NCBI GenBank assembly: GCA_963677495.2 | Contig: CAXXOU010000004.1 | Coordinates: 1 to 64,000, forward strand | Origin: Candidatus Cloacimonadales bacterium | GTDB taxonomy: Bacteria; Cloacimonadota; Cloacimonadia; Cloacimonadales; JAFGVF01 | Length of the DNA stretch: 64,000 nt | Direction of reading: 5' to 3' | Part shown: in pieces, positions 10,218 through 23,770 of the stretch | Numbering within the stretch: position 1 is the stretch's first letter | How the letters are laid out: each line of letters opens with the position of its first letter | The notes under the pieces: generated by a model | Database searches by the model: none | Seen by the model: only the letters and a program-made list of their open reading frames with translations | Told to the model about the DNA's origin: nothing | Translations under genes and position numbers: made by a program

Positions 10218-10345
10218 CCCTTTCAATTCACGGGAAACACACGGGACTCTCCCGGGAATCTCTCGGGACTCACTCGGGACTATGCCCGAGTGAGTCTCTT
10301 TTAATTCCCGTTTGAAGCCGGAACAAATCCCGAGTATTGAATTGG
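10218..10345. repeat. 11-bp-phased inverted array, core CGGGA
   Basis: CGGGA at 10231, 10242, 10253, 10264, 10275; TCCCG-like inverted cores at 10284, 10295, 10306, 10317, 10328; TTCAA/TTGAA flanks. Confidence 0.9.
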
Positions 10346-10592
10346 AGCAATTAAACGGAGAAGGTATGCTGATATATAGTCCATTCTGTATGGTTCATTC
10401 TGTGAGTCTCTATCTGTCCCTGAAAGTCCCTGTTCAAAAACTGTAAAAAATGGGAAAAGAAGCGAAAAATGGCTTTTGGATTAACATAAACTTAGCAGTG
10501 CTTGAAATTATTTGCGATTTAATATATACTTTAAAAATGGTAATTTATAATACTAAAGTGTCCTTAGTTGAAATAAAAAAGCACTTTTTATG

Positions 10593-10620
10593 TTGACGCA
10601 TTATCAGGTCTCAATAGGTT
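10593..10620 (+). promoter_or_regulatory. Probable sigma70 rrn promoter
   Basis: TTGACG-N16-TAGGTT preceded by A/T tracts; boxA-like GATCTTTAAGAA at ~10672. Confidence 0.55.
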
Positions 10621-10726
10621 GTCCAAACACTTGTTGAACGGAAGCGGGAACGCGGAAGGGATGTGGGTGGCGATCTTTAAGAAGTCAGAAATAGTGAGTG
10701 AATAATAAGCCAACAAGTCAATTATG

Positions 10727-12272
<1,546 letters not shown>

Positions 12273-12377
12273 TAAAGGTGTATAATGCGATGAATCTTTT
12301 AATCAGATTCCATTGCAATAATTAAACGTTTGGTAAGTTGTTCACTCACTTTTATAAATTTTGAAGCAAAATATAGT

Positions 12378-12454
<77 letters not shown>

Positions 12455-12459
12455 GCTTT

Positions 12460-12535
12460 GGGGGTTTAGCTCAGCTGGGAGAGCACCTGCTTTGCAAGCA
12501 GGCGGTCAACGGTTCGATCCCGTTAACCTCCACCA
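12460..12535 (+). tRNA. tRNA-Ala(TGC)
   Basis: G3:U70 acceptor pair, TT-TGC-AA loop, CCA. Confidence 0.97.
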
Positions 12536-12592
12536 TATTTTTTTTGATCTTAAATAGTGAAATACGTGGGATAGAGTGTATAGAGGATATTC

Positions 12593-15469
<2,877 letters not shown>

Positions 15470-15521
15470 GAAACTTTATATACTCTATCCCAGACAATAT
15501 AGTCGCATAGCAGCGGCTGAA

Positions 15522-15638
15522 GATGGTGGCAATTGCGGTGATGATACACCTGTACCCATTCCGAACACAGCAGTTAAGCTCACCAGCGTCGATGGTACTG
15601 CATTGGCAACGATGTGGGAGAGTAGATCGCCGCCATCT
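15522..15638 (+). rRNA. rrf: 5S rRNA
   Basis: CACCTGTACCCATTCCGAACACAG, GATGGTACTG, GGGAGAGTAG; closing stem extended by CAGCGGCTGAA/TTCAGCCGCTG. Confidence 0.97.
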
Positions 15639-15689
15639 TCAGCCGCTGTTGACTTTTATAGACAAAGTTAGCGACAACACTTTTAATAC

Positions 15690-15721
15690 AAAAAGGGAAC
15701 CTTTATCAGGTTCCCTTTTTT
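15690..15721. terminator. Bidirectional terminator after rrn / ovoA
   Basis: AAAAGGGAACCT-ttatc-AGGTTCCCTTTTT. Confidence 0.85.
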
Positions 15722-15735
15722 GATTGTATTACGTA

Positions 15736-17841
15736 TTATATCTTTTGCCATATCGTAACATTAGAGATATGATAATTAAACTTTCTAGCATTCTCTCTTA
15801 TTGCGAATGAAATGTTTACAGGTTCCTTTACAAGCTCAAAGTTAAATGACAGTAGTTCTTTAATGTTCTCAAGATAGTAGACAGGTTCTCCGTCTTTTCT
15901 AAAACCACCCGGCCAATTATGCTTCTCTGCACTCTGTTCGTTCCAATCAGCAGTCGTTGCTAATACGAGAAATCCACCCTTATTAACTCTAGTTGGTATC
16001 TCATTTATGAAAGCGAGTGGGTTGTACATATTCTCAAGTGAGTTCTCTACAATTATCACATCATACTCTTTGAACTTGGTCATTAGATTTGACCCATCTG
16101 CTTGATAAAAATCAATATTATCTCTTATATTATCGAGTCCTAAATCTTTTAGATTTGCTTCAGCAAAAGAATGAATATCTCCCTCTTCACGGACAAGATA
16201 CTTAAAGATTCCATTCTTCTTGAGGTCAACACCAACTCTGAGCATTCTTGCAGTGAAATCAGCTCCTGTGACATACTTAAAGCACTTAGCAAGTTCGAAA
16301 GTAGTTCTACCAGTCTTACAGCCTAGGTTCAAAGCTTTAAGGGAGTTGCAAGCCGGAATTGAGTCAATGATAGCATCTGCAAGTTGCTGTGAGAAGTTAC
16401 CTAATCCAAGATAGTCAGGACCATAACCAAAGTCACACCATGTGATAACTTCAGGGTCCTCTTCATAAACAGAACCATGAATCTTAACTTCCTGATCAGA
16501 TTCTATATATCTAAATCCTGCATGTTGGTAGAAATGTCTTCTAAAGGCATATCGAGAATCTTTTAAAGCTTCATTACCTGTGGCTATCCATGAACCACCT
16601 TTAATCATATTATGTTGGTTATCAAATGTCGGGGTTGTGAAATCATCGTAAGCAGGATGCACTTTGAATCCATCAAAACCATAAATTGGAGTCTCTGTCC
16701 ATTGCCATACGTTACCTATTACATCGAAGAAACCATTGTTTTCAAATTTATTAACCGGACATGGAGAGCAGTAATGCTCTAAGTTTATATTTCCGGGAGC
16801 TTTCTTCCAGAACGGCTGATCATCTAACTTCAGACTATTGTAGAGAACATACCACTCTTCCTCTGTTGGCAATCTAAGCTTTTTACCGGTTGTCGCAGCT
16901 TTCCAATTAACAAATGCTTTAGCTTCTAGATAATTACACTCCACAGGCCAGTCCCACGGCATTGAAACTTCATTAAAGACAAGTCTAAGTTTAAGCTCTC
17001 CTACATCATTCCGTTTCCAGAAACGTGGCATTGAGCACTTTTCATACTGTACCCAACTCCAGCCTTCCTCTGTCCACCATTTCTGTTCATTATAACCATT
17101 AGCATTGATAAACTCTTTGAATTCTGCATTAGAGACAAGATACTTCGATGCTTTAAAGGCTTTCACTTCATGCGTAATTGTTCCATATTCATTATCCCAT
17201 CCGTAGTAAGGTGATTTAAACGGTTTGCCGAGTTGCACTGTCTCTCCATGCACAGGTAGTAATTCGTTCTTAGGTGGTTGATTACTCTCTCTACAAATAT
17301 TCCAGTAATCGTCATCATTAAGTACATCAAGAGGGAGTTGTCTAATAAGAACAGATGATGTTTCAAGATGAATTCTTGAATGCTCAATCCCCATCATAAT
17401 AATCCAAAATGGACTATCCCAATCTATAGGAAGTTGCAATGGCATAGTTTGGATAAGCTCCTCAATAAGAGTCTTCACTTGTGCTCTATATGATATAGTC
17501 TGCTCTAATGTAGGCCAATCAAAATGAGATACATTGAGATCATCCCAAGACATCTCATCAACCCCAATTGCAAACATAGATTCATACTTAGGATTGATGC
17601 GTTTCTCAATTGTTTTAGAAATCACAAGTTTATTAATATAAAAGGCAGCTGTATGTCCAAAATAGAAGATAAGAGGATGTCTCAAAGGGTCTGCTCGTAA
17701 GTAGAATGCTTCCGGTTTCAAACCTGCTAAAAGCTTCTCTTCAATAGCCCATGAAGCTCTAAAATAGTTAAGTATCTCTGTTCTTTTCTCAGCCGGCGTA
17801 CCTTTTTCAAGGTTTATAGTCTTAGTTACTTTATAATCCAT
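15736..17841 (-). CDS. ovoA: 5-histidylcysteine sulfoxide synthase (ovothiol biosynthesis) with C-terminal methyltransferase
   Basis: LRHPLIFYFGHTA, GVDEMSWDDL, HSRIHLETSSVLIRQLP (HxxxHxE), FGE-sulfatase domain, RYAFRRHFYQHAGFRY, C-terminal SAM domain. Confidence 0.9.
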   Translation of the reverse strand: MDYKVTKTINLEKGTPAEKRTEILNYFRASWAIEEKLLAGLKPEAFYLRADPLRHPLIFYFGHTAAFYINKLVISKTIEKRINPKYESMFAIGVDEMSWDDLNVSHFDWPTLEQTISYRAQVKTLIEELIQTMPLQLPIDWDSPFWIIMMGIEHSRIHLETSSVLIRQLPLDVLNDDDYWNICRESNQPPKNELLPVHGETVQLGKPFKSPYYGWDNEYGTITHEVKAFKASKYLVSNAEFKEFINANGYNEQKWWTEEGWSWVQYEKCSMPRFWKRNDVGELKLRLVFNEVSMPWDWPVECNYLEAKAFVNWKAATTGKKLRLPTEEEWYVLYNSLKLDDQPFWKKAPGNINLEHYCSPCPVNKFENNGFFDVIGNVWQWTETPIYGFDGFKVHPAYDDFTTPTFDNQHNMIKGGSWIATGNEALKDSRYAFRRHFYQHAGFRYIESDQEVKIHGSVYEEDPEVITWCDFGYGPDYLGLGNFSQQLADAIIDSIPACNSLKALNLGCKTGRTTFELAKCFKYVTGADFTARMLRVGVDLKKNGIFKYLVREEGDIHSFAEANLKDLGLDNIRDNIDFYQADGSNLMTKFKEYDVIIVENSLENMYNPLAFINEIPTRVNKGGFLVLATTADWNEQSAEKHNWPGGFRKDGEPVYYLENIKELLSFNFELVKEPVNISFAIRENARKFNYHISNVTIWQKI

Positions 17842-17910
17842 ACATGCCTCGCTTATGTTCTTTGTTTCTATAATTTAAGTTTTGCTAAATAAAATGTCAA
17901 AGAAAATAAT

Positions 17911-17940
17911 AAAAAGGCTGTCTAATATAAAGACAGCCTT
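17911..17940 (-). terminator. Intrinsic terminator
   Basis: AAGGCTGTCT-aatataa-AGACAGCCTT preceded by an A run (U tract on minus). Confidence 0.75.
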
Positions 17941-17958
17941 ACAAAGAATAACTAATAA

Positions 17959-19119
17959 TTAGCTAATGAAATAAGCTTTTAATGGTGGAAACCCATTAAA
18001 CTCTATTGCACTGTAACTCGATGTATAGGCTCCTGTGGTTAGCCAATACAGCTTATCACCTGCAGCTAATGTTAGGGGTAAAGAATATAGTGTATTCTCG
18101 TACATGATATCCTGGGAATCACAAGTTGGTCCCGCAAGAATTACATCTTCCATGACTCCACATCGTTCTGTATAAACAGGGAACTTTATGGACTCTTCAA
18201 TAGTCTCAATTAATCCTGAGAACTTTCCCACATCTGTATAAACCCAACGGTTAAGAGCTGTTCTTGATTTTCTTGAAACAAGAACCACTTCACTTACTAA
18301 GATTCCCGAGTCCGCAACAAGCGAACGCCCCGGTTCAAGAATGATCTGTGGCATATCATCACCAAAATCTTCCTCGATATAACGTAGAATCTCTTCAGCG
18401 TATGTACCTAACTCATTGGTTTTTGTAACATAGTTAGCAGGGAACCCACCACCCATATTTATCATTTTCAATTTAATATCTTCATTTTCTTTAAGAAGGT
18501 CAAAGATATACTTTACTTTAGCTAATGCACCGTCCCAAGTACCGATTTCTCTCTGTTGAGAACCAACATGAAAGGAGATCCCATAAGGTTCAAGTCCAAG
18601 TTTTAATGCTAAAACAGCTAAGTCATATACCATATCGGGTTGACAACCAAACTTTCTGGACAAACCCCAATCCGCAGTGGACGTGTTTTCCAGTAGAATT
18701 CTGAAAAAGACTTTAGAACCCGGTGCCTCAACCGCTAAGTTGCGCAAATCAGATTCACTGTCAGTTACGAAAAGTCTGACTCCTTTGTCATAGAAATACT
18801 TAATATGGCTTGCCTTCTTAATTGTATTCCCATAGCTAATTCTGTCAGGAGAAACACCAAGACTAAGAACTTTATCAAGTTCGTAGATGGATGCGATGTC
18901 GAAGTTAGATCCTAAATCTTTAAGCATACTAACAACTTCATTCACAGGATTTGCCTTAACGGCATAATAAATCAATGCACTTGGAAAGTAGTCCATCATC
19001 TGTTGAAACTTGTTTTTAATTATATTCAAGTTTACTAAGAGAAAGGGTGATTCCTTATCTTTTGCATGATCCATAAAGAGCTTCCATTCCTGTTCGGTAT
19101 AATAAGCTTCTTTCATCAT
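17959..19119 (-). CDS. Fold-type III PLP ornithine/lysine decarboxylase
   Basis: YAVKAN (PLP Lys), KFG, HVGSQ, GGGF, EPGR, GPTCDS, GAY motifs. Confidence 0.9.
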   Translation of the reverse strand: MMKEAYYTEQEWKLFMDHAKDKESPFLLVNLNIIKNKFQQMMDYFPSALIYYAVKANPVNEVVSMLKDLGSNFDIASIYELDKVLSLGVSPDRISYGNTIKKASHIKYFYDKGVRLFVTDSESDLRNLAVEAPGSKVFFRILLENTSTADWGLSRKFGCQPDMVYDLAVLALKLGLEPYGISFHVGSQQREIGTWDGALAKVKYIFDLLKENEDIKLKMINMGGGFPANYVTKTNELGTYAEEILRYIEEDFGDDMPQIILEPGRSLVADSGILVSEVVLVSRKSRTALNRWVYTDVGKFSGLIETIEESIKFPVYTERCGVMEDVILAGPTCDSQDIMYENTLYSLPLTLAAGDKLYWLTTGAYTSSYSAIEFNGFPPLKAYFIS

Positions 19120-19285
19120 TCCTCCTTTCTTAAACTAGAAGTTTGAACATGATTCGGTGTATGTTCAATCCAATTCGAAAAAATATGAGCTGAAAAATCT
19201 CAAGGAATAGTTGCTGTCAATCTAATAATTTTAGGAAATGTTAAGATCCTCAAAACACCTATAAATAGAGGGATAGAGATGCAAT

Positions 19286-19315
19286 AAAAAAAGGGCTGTT
19301 TAACAAGACAGCCCT
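19286..19315 (-). terminator. Intrinsic terminator after kamE
   Basis: AGGGCTGT...ACAGCCCT hairpin with upstream A run. Confidence 0.75.
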
Positions 19316-19336
19316 ATTCTTAAAATAATTTTTTTT

Positions 19337-20092
19337 CTATTTTTTGTTTTCTCTTTCTGCAATAGTAACAGATATAAAAGAGGCAACATCAGTTGAGTAG
19401 GATCCGGTTCCGAAACCGGCATCATAACCAAGTTCGATTGCTATTTCATGATTTAGACGAGGTCCCCCGCAAACAAAGAGCATTTTATCTCTTAGTCCTT
19501 CAGCTTCTGCCATCTCAATAAGTTTAGTAAGGTTCGCAATATGGATATTCTTCTGTGTGACAATCTGTGAAACAAGAATAGCATCAGCATTCACTTCACG
19601 GGCTTTCTTAAGAAGCTCTTCACATGGAACCTGTGCACCCATATTGATAGCTTCAATATGCTTATATCTCTCAAGACCGTAGCGATGATTGTAGCCTTTC
19701 ATGTTCATGATAGCATCGATACCAACAGTATGCGCATCACTTTCTATACAAGCACCGACAACTGTTATATCTCTACCGATATTCTGTTCAATGTAATCAT
19801 CGTTTTCATACATATCCATTACAGGAGTCTCAACAACTTTCACTTTAATAGCAGTAAGGTCGACTTCTGCATTAGAAGTAGCATAAGCGTTAAAATGGGT
19901 GAAACCTTCAGTCAGGTCATTCATATGACACACATCGATGTCATCCATTCCCATCTTACGGAGGATCTGTCTTGCAGCTTCTTTACCCTGTTCGTTACAT
20001 GGAACGGGAAGCGTAAAAGAGATCTGCACACGACCGTCATTTAAAGTGTCACCATAAGGTCTAATTCTGGTTGGATCAGTTTTAACAGGCAT
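19337..20092 (-). CDS. kamE: Lysine 5,6-aminomutase beta subunit (B12-binding)
   Basis: PYGDTLNDGRVQISFTLP, DAHTVGIDAIMNMKG, GLERY. Confidence 0.93.
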   Translation of the reverse strand: MPVKTDPTRIRPYGDTLNDGRVQISFTLPVPCNEQGKEAARQILRKMGMDDIDVCHMNDLTEGFTHFNAYATSNAEVDLTAIKVKVVETPVMDMYENDDYIEQNIGRDITVVGACIESDAHTVGIDAIMNMKGYNHRYGLERYKHIEAINMGAQVPCEELLKKAREVNADAILVSQIVTQKNIHIANLTKLIEMAEAEGLRDKMLFVCGGPRLNHEIAIELGYDAGFGTGSYSTDVASFISVTIAERENKK

Positions 20093-20101
20093 GTTTCCTC
20101 C

Positions 20102-21664
20102 TTAGTTATTTAATCCCAGTTCAAGCTTCATCTGCTCGAGGAACGGGTTGAGATAGTTGTCTGAACGCTTAAATACACCTTCAGCACCTTTACCTTTATC
20201 TTCAGGACGCTTGATATCAGCGAAATCACCACGTGACATAGCTTCAAACAATCCTGTATCTGCAACATTTTGTAAGAAATCAATAGCTTCATCAAGAACA
20301 GATTCAGCACGTTTATTGATAAACCCATCTGGGTCAATTGAGAGCTCTTTGCCAAGGTCTTTCACAGCTGTGAATATATAGTTTGCATTCTCAATCGCAA
20401 GGGCTCTATCAGCAATGTGCGGAGTATGGATAGCCTCAGTCATCATACCAAGAAGCTGGACACCCTGTCCTGTCAACTGACCGATGAAGTTGAACATAGC
20501 GTCCATAAGGTGAGTCTTGAAAATGTTACCTGACGCAAATTTGGTTGGTGGCATATATTTAACCGGAGCTGTAGGGAAGAGGGTTTTAGTAAGCATAGCA
20601 TGTGCCAGCTCATAAGAGAAACTGTTTTCCACTTCAGGGTTGATCTCATAAGCGTGACCAAGTCCCATTTTCTCTTCTTTAATTCCTGAGAAAGCAGCAA
20701 ACTGTTCATTGATAAGCTGAGAAGCAGTCACTGTATAAGCTTTCTCAATCGCATCAGATGTAGTGAGATAGTTATCTTCACCGGTCTGAATCTCGATTCC
20801 GGCATAAGCGTTTATCATACGTGAGAAGTACTGATCAAGGATAGTTCTTCTTGGATTGATATCGCGGAAAAGGATACCGTACATCGCATCGTTGAGCATC
20901 ACATCAAGACGCTCAATTGCACCCATCACAGCAATCTCCGGCATACAAAGTCCGGATGCATAGTTAGTAAGTCCGATGTATCTTTCAAGCTCATCACCAA
21001 CTTCATCGAGAGCTTTACGCATAATACGGAAGTTCTCTTGTGTTGCGAAAGTTCCACCGAAACCTTCAGTAGTAGGTCCGTAAGGAACATAGTCGAGTAA
21101 TGACTGAGCAGTAGAACGGATAACGGCAATAATGTCAGCACCTTCACGGGCAGCTGCAACAGCCTGATGAACATCTTCATAGATATTTCCGGTTGCCACG
21201 ATAACATAAAGACCAGGTTTTCTACGTGGTCCGAATGTTTTAAACTTGTTTTCTCTAAACTCTTTCTGACCTCTGATATGCGCAAGCATATCTTCTGTCT
21301 GCTTCTGAATCACAGCGAGAACTCTCTCGTCATCATCAGCTTTAACAGTGGAAAGGTCAATCTCTCCTGAAGCTACCTTTTCAGCAACTTCCTGTGCAGA
21401 AATCTGTAAGCCTGACATAGCATTTGCAATCCAGTATGCAGCTCCGCGTTCTATTATCTTCTTCTCTTGTAAATGTTCAACAATCACATTTGGTAAAGGA
21501 GTCCCATCATCAGTCGCTCCGTCAATACCCATTAATCTAACAACGGTACGCTCAATAGTCTCTGAGCTGTAACCATCGAAAAGCCAATCAAATGAATACA
21601 CAATCTGTCTCGCCAGGTCTTTCGCCTTACGAATCTTTTCCTCTTTGATGGAAAGCTGTAACAC
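20102..21664 (-). CDS. kamD: Lysine 5,6-aminomutase alpha subunit
   Basis: YVIVATGNIYED, AVIRSTAQSLLDYVPYG, NYASGLCMPEIA, KYMPPTK. Confidence 0.93.
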   Translation of the reverse strand: MLQLSIKEEKIRKAKDLARQIVYSFDWLFDGYSSETIERTVVRLMGIDGATDDGTPLPNVIVEHLQEKKIIERGAAYWIANAMSGLQISAQEVAEKVASGEIDLSTVKADDDERVLAVIQKQTEDMLAHIRGQKEFRENKFKTFGPRRKPGLYVIVATGNIYEDVHQAVAAAREGADIIAVIRSTAQSLLDYVPYGPTTEGFGGTFATQENFRIMRKALDEVGDELERYIGLTNYASGLCMPEIAVMGAIERLDVMLNDAMYGILFRDINPRRTILDQYFSRMINAYAGIEIQTGEDNYLTTSDAIEKAYTVTASQLINEQFAAFSGIKEEKMGLGHAYEINPEVENSFSYELAHAMLTKTLFPTAPVKYMPPTKFASGNIFKTHLMDAMFNFIGQLTGQGVQLLGMMTEAIHTPHIADRALAIENANYIFTAVKDLGKELSIDPDGFINKRAESVLDEAIDFLQNVADTGLFEAMSRGDFADIKRPEDKGKGAEGVFKRSDNYLNPFLEQMKLELGLNN

Positions 21665-21734
21665 ATCTCCTCCCTTTCGTAGGTATTTCTTTGCCTGACA
21701 AAACTTTTAAGCCGTTTTTTCGTCAAGGGAAATT

Positions 21735-21791
21735 GGGGGAGGGGAGGGAGTTCGAATAACCACCAGATGAATCTGGTGGTTCTGGGAAGCA
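21735..21791. repeat. Truncated REPIN-like unit (right half)
   Basis: GGGGAGGGGAGGGAG followed by ACCACCAGATGAATCTGGTGGTTCTGGGAAGCA. Confidence 0.8.
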
Positions 21792-21936
21792 TTTTCTCCG
21801 TGCGTATGGTTTCTTAAGAATTTAGTACTATCGTAATAGGAGGTATCAAAAGATAGTGATTGATACTACCTTATGGAACTCTTAATAGGTGTAAAGTGGT
21901 TGAAGAGCTTTCAGTGATGTATTACTGTGTATGTAG

Positions 21937-22084
21937 TGTTCCCCAGAACCCCTACTTTAAAGTAGGGGCATGAAATCTTACAAAAGAAACAGTCCCCTCC
22001 CCCCGATTCTCTCGAATCGGGGGGAGGGGAGAAAGTAGGAGGTGGCACCTAGCCACTAGATGAATCTGGTGGTTCCGGGGAGCA
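21937..22084. repeat. REPIN-like three-hairpin unit 3' of tnpA
   Basis: TGTTCCCCAGAACC...GGTTCCGGGGAGCA termini; hairpins CCCCTACTT/AAGTAGGGG, CCCCTCCCCCCGATTC/GAATCGGGGGGAGGGG, CCACTAGAT/ATCTGGTGG. Confidence 0.9.
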
Positions 22085-22108
22085 ATTGCTATTGACAATA
22101 ATATAGTT

Positions 22109-22543
22109 CTATTTCGTATTCAGTAGATGTTGAAATCTATCCATCTCTTCTTGATAGCTTTTTTTTGCATGGTGTTGCTTCTGATTCTTTATATAGTTTG
22201 CTACTTTAGATAAATTACTCTCAGAGACAGAAAAGAGTGCATAACCTCTACTCCATAGGAACTTAGCATCGAAGATACTACTCTTATTTATTGTATGTGA
22301 TGAAGTCCCTTTCAATTTGTGCATCAAGCCCTCTACTGAAAGGTTTGCGGGAAGAGACACTAACATATGAACATGGTCTGAATTAACGTATATTGACTCA
22401 ACATAAATCTTGTTTTCACGACAAATATCTTCTAAGATTTGTTTGCATTGTAATGCTTTCTCTTCATTCTCAAAATATGGGTACCTTTCTTTAGTTCCCC
22501 ATATAATATGAAACCAGCAACTGTATAATGAGTGTTTAGTCAT
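22109..22543 (-). mobile_element. tnpA: IS200/IS605-family HUH (Y1) transposase, RAYT/TnpA-REP-like
   Basis: HIIWGTKER, DHVH (HUH), KGTSS, WSRGY, YIKNQKQHH (catalytic Tyr). Confidence 0.9.
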
Positions 22544-22703
22544 AGAAACCTCTAAAGCCATAATGATGAAGAGATTGTTAATGTCCAGAGAATTGATTTA
22601 CTAAGTATTTGGAATGTCAATGGAAGTAATCGAAACTATTTTTTGTGATTAACAACAGGTATTGTCGTGGTCCAAGAGTATTAGGTTTGTATTATTGAGG
22701 TAA

Positions 22704-22852
22704 TGTTCCCCAGAACCCCTACTTTTAAGTAGGGGCTGTGATACTACCGAACTCCTTCCCCCTCCCGATTCTCTGAATCGGGAGGGGGAAGGAGTAAAAA
22801 AGCTTTATGTGGTCTTCAGCCACCAGATAAATCTGGTGGTTCTGGGGAATGC
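22704..22852. repeat. REPIN-like three-hairpin unit 5' of tnpA (a)
   Basis: Same termini and hairpins as 21937-22084. Confidence 0.9.
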
Positions 22853-22992
22853 ATTCTAACTTCTAATAATCTCCAAAGAAATTGAGAAATATTGGATAGA
22901 AGGTATTTATTTAGAGTAATTGAAATACCTTACTTGGTTGCATACCAGAAAAGAAGTGGTCCAAGTGCATTAGGTTTGTATGATTGAGGTAA

Positions 22993-23144
22993 TGTTCCCC
23001 GGAACCCCTACTTTCAAGTAGGGGCTGTGATACTCCCGAAATCCCTCCCCCTCCCGATTCTTTTAATGAATCGGGAGGGGGAGGGAGTAAAAAAGCTCTA
23101 TGTGGTCTTCAGCCACCAGATAAATCTGGTGGTTCTAGGGAGCA
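22993..23144. repeat. REPIN-like three-hairpin unit 5' of tnpA (b), tandem copy 289 bp after (a)
   Basis: Unit plus ~37-bp left flank (GTGGTCCAAG at 22667 and 22956) duplicated. Confidence 0.9.
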
Positions 23145-23266
23145 TATTCTTCACACGTAAGATCATTATAGATATTTAAAGAATTTGGACACCGAAAAAC
23201 ATCTATATCTTATCTTTGATAAGATACTAATACAACGATTTACAACATCATCATCCTCTCTACGCT

Positions 23267-23394
23267 CCCATTCAACACACGGGACTTGCTCGGGAATCTC
23301 CCGGGACTCACTCGGGAATCACTCGGGGCTTTGTCCGAGAAATTCGCGAGAAAATCCCATCCAAATCGCGTAAAGGTCCCGAGGGTTGAATGGG
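23267..23394. repeat. 11-bp-phased inverted array, core CGGGA
   Basis: CGGGA/G at 23280, 23291, 23302, 23313, 23324; inverted cores at 23333, 23344, 23355, 23366, 23377; terminal inverted repeat CCCATTCAAC/GTTGAATGGG. Confidence 0.9.
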
Positions 23395-23770
23395 GACACA
23401 AGGGGTGCAGAATAATTGGGATGTTTTCGATAAAAATGCAGAATTTTGCAAGAAAATAGTATTTGAAGTACAGAAATTGGATTTGGATGACAATTGAATA
23501 GTAGAGAGGGATAAAAAAAGCTATAAGCTACAGGCTACAGTTAATAGTTAAAGTCTTTAAAAAAACTGCAGGGAGCGTAACTAAAAGGGCTAATTAGTAA
23601 GGAATAGGATAATAGATGATAGCTAAAAGACTATAGCCTAAAGCTACAATATCAGCAAAAATATACCAGAAATCTCAAAACCGTAAGCTACGTATAATAG
23701 AGGGGCAGATAAAATGCTAGATTATTAATGCTAAATGCTAAATACAAAATACCCCAATAAGGAGATCACA

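Noticed and set aside
21937..23144. CRISPR array
   Set aside because: Units are ~150 bp with internal hairpins and irregular spacing; no cas genes; fits REP/REPIN organisation.
22562..23770. TnpB/IscB or omega-RNA partner of tnpA
   Set aside because: No RuvC-like ORF near tnpA; the region is explained by repeats.
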